Virus record (IMG/VR): IMGVR_UViG_3300032007_001727
Length of the DNA: 64,000 nt
From: a virus
Taxonomy: Duplodnaviria; Caudoviricetes
Strand: one strand, 5' to 3'
Positions within the stretch are counted from its first letter, which is position 1, and each line of letters opens with the position of its first letter. Made by a program: the position numbers and the translations under genes. The notes below the pieces were generated by a model. The model was not told where the DNA came from, did no database searches, and worked only from the letters and a program-made list of their open reading frames with translations. This document shows positions 19,185 through 27,000 of the stretch, one piece after another.

Positions 19185-19284
19185 CGTTTTTTATAACCCA
19201 ACTGCCATATTATCACCAACAATTATTGGAATTCTCAATTTTTTTATATATCTTTGCATTGATTAAAAAAAATATTATTATAAT

Positions 19285-19530
19285 ATGGAATGGCATTTGA
19301 TTTTAATGGTTGTTGGTACGATGTTATACCTCTACATGAAGGTATATTGGTATTCAACATCGATAACTATTAGTTATTATGAAGAGCCAAAAACCAAGAT
19401 ACAATCATTTAGGCGTTGGCTTAATCGCATAAAGTATTATTTGAAAGGATACTTCAAATGGTACGGATTTAAACATTTCTACCGCATAATAATCATATGG
19501 CTTATATATGGTGGATTTTTCATTTGGTAA
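19285..19530 (+). CDS. small membrane protein
   Basis: Two hydrophobic segments; TATCTTTG promoter element at 19249-19256. Confidence 0.6.
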   Translation: MEWHLILMVVGTMLYLYMKVYWYSTSITISYYEEPKTKIQSFRRWLNRIKYYLKGYFKWYGFKHFYRIIIIWLIYGGFFIW

Positions 19531-19544
19531 TTTTTAAACAACTT

Positions 19545-19739
19545 ATGACAATAATACCGAAAGATAGAATGAAGAGGTATATGGCTTGGTGCAAGGACAA
19601 GAGATATACCGTGATTTGTGATTGTGGAGAAAAGGTTGAGATAACCCTCACTCCATATTATTATGACGAAGAGGAGAATGATGTATATTTTGCAGCATTA
19701 TGCCCCAAATGCGGAGACCTAATAATCATCAAAGAGTGA
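19545..19739 (+). CDS. small Zn-ribbon protein
   Basis: CDCG ... CPKCG. Confidence 0.6.
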   Translation: MTIIPKDRMKRYMAWCKDKRYTVICDCGEKVEITLTPYYYDEEENDVYFAALCPKCGDLIIIKE

Positions 19740-19764
19740 AGGATTGTTAAATTTTGGAATAAAA

Positions 19765-19796
19765 TTTGCTGTTTTCAAAATTTTTATATACTTTTG
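19765..19796 (+). promoter_or_regulatory. Bacteroidota-type promoter for the tRNA locus
   Basis: TTTG at 19765-19768, 20-nt spacer, TACTTTTG at 19789-19796. Confidence 0.65.
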
Positions 19797-19814
19797 CACT
19801 GAAAAAATACGGAT

Positions 19815-19867
19815 GGTCGTTTAGTTCAATTGGATAGAACAATGCTCTCCTAAAGCATAGAATTGAG
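19815..19867 (+). tRNA. tRNA-Arg(CCT), 5' part (interrupted)
   Basis: GGTCGTT acceptor, GTTC/GAAC D-stem, ATGCT-CTCCTAA-AGCAT anticodon arm (CCT at 19849-19851) and T-stem 5' strand TTGAG, after which the sequence breaks off. Confidence 0.9.
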
Positions 19868-19954
19868 TATGAAATAGTTAAGTAAATATTTCAACTTTTT
19901 TATACTTTTTTTAACAAAATTTGATAACTTTTTAAAATAACGATATATTTATAT

Positions 19955-20116
19955 ATGATGAAAGTAATAAATATTGATTTTGAAAATAAGACATTTGAAA
20001 CAGATAATGGTGAAACATTCCCCTTAATGTTCGATGTTGATGAAACCATCACGCTTGAAGAATTTCAAGAGTTGGTTGACAAAAGTGAGAACGCAATAAA
20101 AGAAGTATTAAGTTAA
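19955..20116 (+). CDS. small acidic ORF inside the IS607 element (53 aa)
   Basis: MMKVINIDFENKTFETDNGETFPLMFDVDETITLEEFQELVDKSENAIKEVLS*; abuts tnpA. Confidence 0.55.
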   Translation: MMKVINIDFENKTFETDNGETFPLMFDVDETITLEEFQELVDKSENAIKEVLS

Positions 20117-20119
20117 TTG

Positions 20120-20746
20120 ATGGATAAACTATATAACATATCAAAAACCGCAGAAATATTAGATGTCACACCAAAAACATTAAGAGTATGGGATAAGGAA
20201 AATAAACTTAAACCGATTCTAACATCTGGTGGTCACAGACGTTATCGTGAGTCTGACATTAATAAGATAATCGGAGTTGAACAAAATGATGAAGTTAAGC
20301 AAGATGTTTGCGCAACATATGCAAGAGTTTCATCACAAAAACAGAAAGTAAGTGGTGAGTTGGATAGACAATCTCAGAGACTATCTGAATATTGTGCAAA
20401 ACATAATCTGTATGTTGAGCATATTATTAAAGATTGTGGAAGCGGCTTGGATGATAAAAGACAAGGCTTCGCTCAGTTGACTGACTTGGTTGTTAAGGGA
20501 AAAGTCAATAAGGTGGTGATTGAACATAAGGACATACTTACACGATTCCAATTCAACTTCATTAAGAAGTTGTATGCTGCATTTGGATGTGAGATAATAG
20601 TTTTAGATGACAAAGAAGATGTTTCTGATGCAGAGGAATTGACAAGAGACCTTATGGCATTATTAGCAAGTTTCAGTGGTAAGTATTATGGACGAAGAAG
20701 TTTAGAAAGGCATAAGCAAAATAAGAATGATAATAGAAGTAAATAA
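20120..20746 (+). CDS. tnpA: IS607-family transposase (MerR-like HTH + serine recombinase)
   Basis: N-terminal HTH (TLRVWD..TSGGHRRY) precedes the catalytic YARVSS, then DCGSGL and EELTRDL..FSGKYYG.RS. Confidence 0.92.
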   Translation: MDKLYNISKTAEILDVTPKTLRVWDKENKLKPILTSGGHRRYRESDINKIIGVEQNDEVKQDVCATYARVSSQKQKVSGELDRQSQRLSEYCAKHNLYVEHIIKDCGSGLDDKRQGFAQLTDLVVKGKVNKVVIEHKDILTRFQFNFIKKLYAAFGCEIIVLDDKEDVSDAEELTRDLMALLASFSGKYYGRRSLERHKQNKNDNRSK

Positions 20747-20879
20747 ACCAAGATGGAAGAATAAAGAATGGACATTTAACATAATTCCATACTTTTCAAT
20801 AACAAAAATATCCAATCTAGTGATTGCAATTAATGTTGGATGGTTATTTTGGGGAATAACGATTAGTAATGATTTTTAA
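20727..20879 (+). CDS. small Trp-rich/hydrophobic ORF between tnpA and tnpB (50 aa)
   Basis: MIIEVNKPRWKNKEWTFNIIPYFSITKISNLVIAINVGWLFWGITISNDF* fills the gap exactly. Confidence 0.45.
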   Translation: MIIEVNKPRWKNKEWTFNIIPYFSITKISNLVIAINVGWLFWGITISNDF

Positions 20880-20885
20880 TTTAAT

Positions 20886-22196
20886 ATGTTAAGAGCGGTT
20901 AAGATAAGGTTGTATCCAAACAAGGAACAAGCAACAATGATAAACAAGTTGCTTGGATGCTGCCGTGTTGTCTATAATCAATGCCTTAACAGAAAGATAG
21001 AATCATATAAGAACGAAGGAAAAACTGAAAACTTGACAACATTGGGGCATTTCTTTCATAATGAATTGACAAAAGACCCGTGTTTCATATGGCTTAGAGA
21101 ACAGAATACAAAGGTTCTCAAACAAGCAATAATTGATATGTTGACAGCCTATAAGAATTTTTTTGAGCGACGCAGTGGATTTCCTAAATTCAAATCAAAG
21201 CACGATAACAAACAATCTTGTAGGTTTGAACTACACGCTATATCAAAACGCAATGACTATACAACATATCATTTGTCGCTTGCAAATATAAGAAACGTCA
21301 AATTCAGATGTAATGAAAAGTGTGCCCAGTACCTACAGAAGCATCACGACAATATAAGACAAGCAACGTTAACGAAGGTGCCTTGTGGTGAATACTACTT
21401 GTCAATATTGGTTGATGGTGATTTGACGCACAAAGTAAAAGAGACCGATGCTGCTGTAGGTATAGACCTTGGAATAAAGGACTTTGTGACAACAAGTGAC
21501 GGAGAAGTGTTCAATAATCTTCATTTCAAAAAAACAGAAACAAAGAAGATTAATAGGTTACAACGTCAGTTGTCAAAGAAAGAAAAAGGAAGTAACAATA
21601 GAAACAAGGCAAGGATTAAACTTGCTAAGTTATATAAAAAGATAAATGATAGGAAACAATACTATCTTCACGCTATAAGTAATTCACTCATTGACGAAAA
21701 CCAAGTCATATGTATGGAAGACTTGAATGTGAAGGGAATGGTCAAGAATCATAACCTTGCTGAAAGCATTTGTGAAATGAACTTTGGCGAATTTCGAAAA
21801 ATGCTTGAGTACAAGGCTCAGTGGTACAACCGAAAGATAGTATTTGTTGATAGGTTTTATCCATCAAGCAAGACGTGTCATAATTGTGGCTACATCAATA
21901 AAAGCCTCACATTAAATGATAGGCAATGGGCTTGCCCTCAATGTGGCGAAGTCATTGAAAGGGACTACAATGCAGCATTGAATATACTTGATGAAGGTTT
22001 AAAGATATTGGAGACAACCATAAACGTAGGGTGCTGTGAACCCGAACTCACGCTTGTGGACTACCCAACTACCGAAAGGTGGCAACACAGAAATGTGCTT
22101 ACCGTGGATGACAGACTCAGCAATGAGGTACTAAAAAGCAGTGGTAGGTTGAAACAAGAAGTTAATAATGAACAGACAAGTTTGTTCAAGTTTTAG
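20886..22196 (+). CDS. tnpB: RNA-guided endonuclease TnpB
   Basis: KIRLYPN start; RuvC I GIDLG, RuvC II MEDL, Zn finger CHNC..CPQC and RuvC III RDYNAA. The D-E-D triad is intact. Confidence 0.93.
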   Translation: MLRAVKIRLYPNKEQATMINKLLGCCRVVYNQCLNRKIESYKNEGKTENLTTLGHFFHNELTKDPCFIWLREQNTKVLKQAIIDMLTAYKNFFERRSGFPKFKSKHDNKQSCRFELHAISKRNDYTTYHLSLANIRNVKFRCNEKCAQYLQKHHDNIRQATLTKVPCGEYYLSILVDGDLTHKVKETDAAVGIDLGIKDFVTTSDGEVFNNLHFKKTETKKINRLQRQLSKKEKGSNNRNKARIKLAKLYKKINDRKQYYLHAISNSLIDENQVICMEDLNVKGMVKNHNLAESICEMNFGEFRKMLEYKAQWYNRKIVFVDRFYPSSKTCHNCGYINKSLTLNDRQWACPQCGEVIERDYNAALNILDEGLKILETTINVGCCEPELTLVDYPTTERWQHRNVLTVDDRLSNEVLKSSGRLKQEVNNEQTSLFKF

Positions 22197-22223
22197 CACA
22201 CAGTTCGAGTCTCAAAATGACCA
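22026..22223 (+). ncRNA. Predicted TnpB omegaRNA (scaffold to 22203, guide from 22204)
   Basis: Overlaps the tnpB 3' end up to the element right end. GNRA hairpins (TACC-GAAA-GGTG, CACA-GAAA-TGTG, CTCA-GCAA-TGAG), a GAACAGAC/GTTTGTTC stem and possible GTGCT/AGCAC long-range pairing. 5' limit approximate. Confidence 0.65.
22204..22223 (+). tRNA. tRNA-Arg(CCT), 3' part (interrupted)
   Basis: TTCGAGT T-loop, CTCAA pairing with TTGAG, AATGACC pairing with GGTCGTT, discriminator A; no encoded CCA. Confidence 0.9.
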
Positions 22224-22273
22224 CAATAAAAATTTAACCTCGGCTATTTATGTGAATATAATCTAAGCCGAAA

Positions 22274-22741
22274 ATGAATAGGAGTAAAGAAGAATATATA
22301 AATGCTGCAAAAAATGCTTTCAGCATTGCACAGATGTGCAGAAATTTAGGGCTAAAATGTGCCGGTGGCAACTATAAAACCGTTAAGGAGGCAATTGATA
22401 AATATGAGATTGACACTTCGCACTTTAGAGGAAAAGGTTGGAACATAGGTTTAAAATTCAAACCGAATAAACCAATTCCGATTGAAGAGATATTGGTTGA
22501 GAATTCTAATTATCAATCGAATAAATTGCGAAAGAGGTTAATTGAAGCCAATTTAAAGGAAGCAAAATGTGACTGCTGCAATAGGTCAACGTGGAATGGA
22601 ATGCCAATTCCATTGGAACTCCATCATATTAATGGCGACAACACGGACAATAGGTTAGCGAACCTACAGATACTTTGCCCCAACTGTCACGCACAGACTG
22701 AGAACTACAGAAGAAGAAAAAATGCTGCTATGGTGAAATAG
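22274..22741 (+). CDS. HNH homing endonuclease
   Basis: CDCC..LELHHINGDNTDNRLANLQILCPNCH; free-standing between tRNA genes. Confidence 0.88.
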   Translation: MNRSKEEYINAAKNAFSIAQMCRNLGLKCAGGNYKTVKEAIDKYEIDTSHFRGKGWNIGLKFKPNKPIPIEEILVENSNYQSNKLRKRLIEANLKEAKCDCCNRSTWNGMPIPLELHHINGDNTDNRLANLQILCPNCHAQTENYRRRKNAAMVK

Positions 22742-22807
22742 GTATACACGAGGGACTTAAAATCCCTTGGTCATTGGACCGTGCGAGTTCGACTCTCGCT
22801 AGCAGCA
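22724..22807 (+). tRNA. tRNA-Leu(TAA)
   Basis: GCTGCTA/TAGCAGC acceptor, AGGGA-CTTAAAA-TCCCT anticodon arm, long variable arm (GGTC..GACC) and GCGAG-TTCGACT-CTCGC T-arm. Confidence 0.93.
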
Positions 22808-22832
22808 CAAGAGTAATGATTTTTGTATTATT

Positions 22833-23204
22833 ATGTTAAGTTTTGAATATATATTAGAGAAAAAGGTTGTTAGGTTTCCGTTTCGAATTGGTGATATTGT
22901 GAAGGTAAAGGATTGGGGTGATACTTATAGCCAATGCCCTTCATTCAATAAATTCTTTGGTGTGAAAGATAACAAGACATATTACGAAATGTCGGATGAC
23001 TCTAATAAAAAAAGAAGTAAAGCAAAAGATTTTAAGATTGTGAAACTTGGTGCACACCCAAATGGACGTGTGGTTGTTGCATACATTGTTGATAGGGCAT
23101 TCCGTGATAACATAATTGGTATTGACGGTTTGTCCTTGGTGAAACAGTTTCCGTTAAGGAATGGTGAGCAAACAACAATAACATTAGAACAAATACCAAG
23201 ATAA
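22833..23204 (+). CDS. hypothetical protein
   Basis: 123-aa ORF with an F.IGDIVKV KOW/SH3-like start. Confidence 0.65.
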   Translation: MLSFEYILEKKVVRFPFRIGDIVKVKDWGDTYSQCPSFNKFFGVKDNKTYYEMSDDSNKKRSKAKDFKIVKLGAHPNGRVVVAYIVDRAFRDNIIGIDGLSLVKQFPLRNGEQTTITLEQIPR

Positions 23205-23214
23205 TATATTTAAA

Positions 23215-23823
23215 ATGGATAGGAATAAAGCATATAAAGCCTTTGACATTAATGAAGTCGGTGACCACAACGAGGTATTTCTTGTTCCCAAGAACAAGAC
23301 AATAACCTTATACGACGGGAGATATTGTGCCGTTGCCGGATTCATTTATGCCATCGTTGACGGAAAGTATTGTGTGTTGGCGAATAAGAGGGGAATCGGG
23401 ACACCGGACTTCCAAGGATATTGGAATTGCCCTTGCGGGTATTTGGAAAGGGGTGAAAACTCAAGACAAGGTATTTCTAGGGAAACGAATGAGGAGTGTA
23501 ACATACTTGTCAGTCCGGATAAATTCACTGTCACATTTGTACAAACTGAACCGTCAGAGTCCAATAACGGAAATGTGACAATCCATCATACTGCCTTTAT
23601 CGGAAGAGGTTGTAATAACAATACAATTGAATACCCTACGGAATTTGATAACGGTGGCGAGGAGAATGAGGTCCAAGACATCAGATGGATTCCGGTAACT
23701 GAGATTAATAGATATAAATGGGCCTTCGGACACGATAGACTAATATTAAAATATGCCGCACCCATTTGGAAAAGGGTATTTCTTAAAGTTTGGTTTAAAT
23801 TTTTTGGTGGCTATGATAATTGA
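23215..23823 (+). CDS. NUDIX hydrolase
   Basis: Nudix box GYLERGENSRQGISRETNEECNI; WAFGH near the C-terminus. Confidence 0.85.
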   Translation: MDRNKAYKAFDINEVGDHNEVFLVPKNKTITLYDGRYCAVAGFIYAIVDGKYCVLANKRGIGTPDFQGYWNCPCGYLERGENSRQGISRETNEECNILVSPDKFTVTFVQTEPSESNNGNVTIHHTAFIGRGCNNNTIEYPTEFDNGGEENEVQDIRWIPVTEINRYKWAFGHDRLILKYAAPIWKRVFLKVWFKFFGGYDN

Positions 23824-24067
23824 TTTGTCTTTTGACTACGATGCATCCTTTACTGAATTTAAAGGGCCGAAGGTATTTGAGATAAGCAATGGCGATAGGT
23901 GGGCACATTGTCATACAGATATGGGGAAGGAATTCTTAAGCACTTATCTCGGCAAGGAAGTTGAGATAAATAAGCCGGTAAGAATATCAAAAGACTTATA
24001 CAGAAAAATAATGGAGGACATTCCAAAAGAACTGTCCTCCATCATCGGTGGATTCCACTATAAGTGA
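23813..24067 (+). CDS. hypothetical protein
   Basis: ATG at 23813 is in frame with track ORF 23753..24067. Confidence 0.55.
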   Translation: MIIDLSFDYDASFTEFKGPKVFEISNGDRWAHCHTDMGKEFLSTYLGKEVEINKPVRISKDLYRKIMEDIPKELSSIIGGFHYK

Positions 24068-24079
24068 TTTTTTTATTTT

Positions 24080-27000
24080 TTAGATTTCAAAACTATCACT
24101 TGAATTTGTGGTCTGTACTCTTACGGTATCGCCGGATGTAAACGTACGTGCCGTGAATGATGCAATGTTATTGGTTACGGTTACCGTCTCAATGAAAGTG
24201 TCATTTACATACAATGATGCCGAATTTCCGTCATTGGTATAGCATTTTATTACTCTGTCCACTGTCTTTGTGTAATTCTTTCCACAGATATGAATAAACG
24301 GTGCCGGATTCCACCAAGCCTTATACAGATAGAATGCATCCTTCTTGGTTCTGTGGTCTCTCTCAACAAGTCCCTTGTCATTAAGTCTTCTGAGATTATC
24401 GTCAATTGACGTGTTTTCGCCGTCAAGACACACCGTATATCCCTCGTTTCTGTTATAGACCGCTATATCGAATAACTGCCATTGTGCCGTGAACAACAAT
24501 TGCGGATATTGCTTTATGGTTGCAATATGTCCCTCATGAAGCCACATCATATACTCAATGTCATGGCGTTCATAGTTTCCCCTTGTGGTTGTTGTCATAA
24601 AGTCATCGGAGTGACACCGTTGAGTACCGCCACATCCGTATTCTGAGAATGCCATAGGCTTGTGCAGTGCCGTAATGGTATTGGCCGTCCTAGTATTCAG
24701 TTGATTTACCGGTGTATTCATATTCGGTTGGTCATACCATCCCACGTATATATTGCAGCCGAACCAATCAACGTTTGGATTATTGAAATATGCGCTTGGG
24801 TTTGTTGAATTACCTTGCGAAAGCACGTAACCGACCCATCTGTCACTGTCCAAGTTCTTAATTATGGATGTGTAGGATTCAATCTTACCCTTTGCGAAGT
24901 TCTTGTCATCCGTGGTCGTTTCATTGCTTAAACTCCAAAATATGATACACGGGTGATTATAGTGCTGATTCACCATATCAGTATATTGTCCCTCAAGGTG
25001 GGTATAATATTCATTCGGCATGGTTGTCTGCATCTTGTTGACACAAGGAACCTCCGTCTGTACGACAATACCCAATGCGTCACATCTGTCATAGACCTCC
25101 TTCGGGTGTGGATAGTGTGCTAGACGTATGAAGTTACATCCAAGTTCTTGTATGATACTGAATGTCTGCGTGTAGTCGCTGTCTGTCAAGGCATTTGCCT
25201 TTCCGTCAATATCATCATGCATGCAAACACCCCTCAAGAGGTAAGGTGACCCGTTCAGCAAGAAGCCGGTATATGGATTCTGTGCAGTACCAACCTTCTC
25301 AGTGTCATCAATGACATATTCATAGTACCTTAAACCATATGGTCTAACATATCTGTGATACAAGTCACCGTTATGACGTATTTCCATCGTAATGGTATAC
25401 AAGTGCGGGTCACTAGTACCGTTCCAAAGGTGCGGGTTTGATATGGTTGTTATGAATATGATTTCCTCATTCTCACTAGCCTTTGTTTCGGTATGATGAT
25501 AAGTCCCGTCATCGATTGTCAACGTCACGCTTGCACCGGAAGGTATCGTTGTCATGACATTTATGGTTGCCGTGTCTGACGATACCGTGGATGTTACGTG
25601 GAATCCGTCGTATCCATATTCCGGAAGCGGCATATATTCACTTGTGAACAGTTTCACGTTGCCTAGGGTTGCGTTAAAGTTGAAGTCACCCGCTGCCGGT
25701 GCAAGTTTATTTCCCTCATTGTTCTTGAGGACAACCATCACTTCATTCGTGCCACTGTGAACATATTCAGATATGTCCGTAAAGAATGCGTTATATCCGC
25801 CCCAATGTTTCTCAACCAAGGTGTTGTCAATATATATGGAAGCCGATTGGTCTGCGTGTTGGAACCAAAGATATGCCGGATGTTTTTCCCTTAGTGCGAA
25901 ACTTGTCTCAAACGTGAATTCACCCTTTGCATAACTAGATGAGTGTCCGTCTATGGCATTTACCGAATATGGTGTCGAGACAGTCTGTCCGTTGTATCTC
26001 CATGAAGTCAAGTCTCTGTTTGAGGCTTCATATGGAACATCGCTCACATATTGGCAATATTCACTGACGGTACGGCTCGTGTCAGTGTTAAGTTCCGAAT
26101 ATGCCTCAATGGTTGTATCGGCAGTAATGGTTATCGGACTGCTATATCCGGAGTATGCACCGTTCTTGTCAAGCCTATAGTATATATTCGCATTTACCGT
26201 ACTGCAAGACAACGAAATAATACTAAATCCGTCGTACATGATTTCCGGTGGCGTAATGGCAGTTTCATCCACGACAACCCATGATGTCGGGATACCGCTA
26301 GCACCCCTAGTCCAAGTAGTGACCGAAACACCTGAATCCTTTACGAAAGTACCGGATGAGGAAACGCTCTTAACCCAATTCTGCTTGCAGTTGCTTGCAT
26401 TAAACCCGTCAATTGCAAGACACTTGATAAAGTTTAGGTGTGTACAGCCGGTAAACATATTACCGTAGCATTCTTGCACTAATATAGGTGCAAGAAGTTC
26501 CGGTGCGGACTGTATTCCGCATTCCTCGAACATATACCAATAGCAACCTTTTGTCAATGTTAGTGCCGGTAACTTAGGTGCCGTCGTAAGTGTGGTACAT
26601 TTGCTGAATAATGCCCTATAGCAGTATTCAGTCAAGGTTGTACAAGGCAATACCAAGTTTTCGGCTGATACTACACTTGAGAGTTTAAACAATGAGCAGA
26701 AATTATAGGTTCCTCCACTGAACGTTGTCTTGTTAAGGAAATTGTCACCATAGATTAAACTCATTATGTTACCTTCAGCGTTGAATGTTGCCGTGCCGCC
26801 CTCAAAACCGGAATAATTACTCTTACTACTAGCATATGAGACATTTGTTCCCTTCAATCTCAAGGAATCACCGGCAGCAACGGTTATGGTTGTTGCCGTG
26901 CTTGCCGTAATCGATGTCCATTGCCCGTTATTAAGACTATATTGAATGGTCTTTGCTTGTCCGGAACCGATAGAGTTCCACTTAATGGTTCCGCCGCTTA

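Larger units (their letters stand above)
19868..22203 (+). mobile_element. IS607-family element (tnpA + tnpB) inserted in tRNA-Arg
   Basis: Removing 19868-22203 restores a canonical tRNA. AGT core at both junctions, no terminal inverted repeats, ACTTTTT direct repeats at 19894, 19904 and 19927. Confidence 0.9.

Noticed and set aside
19868-22203. Element as a self-splicing IStron (group I intron + IS607) that would restore the tRNA at RNA level
   Set aside because: No group I core is recognisable in the short AT-rich left end. A U|...G| splice (removing 19869-22203) would leave an extra T in the T-loop. An Infernal search would settle it.
19867-22203. GTATGA...CAG looks like a spliceosomal intron
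   Set aside because: Phage context, and GT-AG removal deletes a G needed for the T-stem. The resemblance comes from the AGT junction core.
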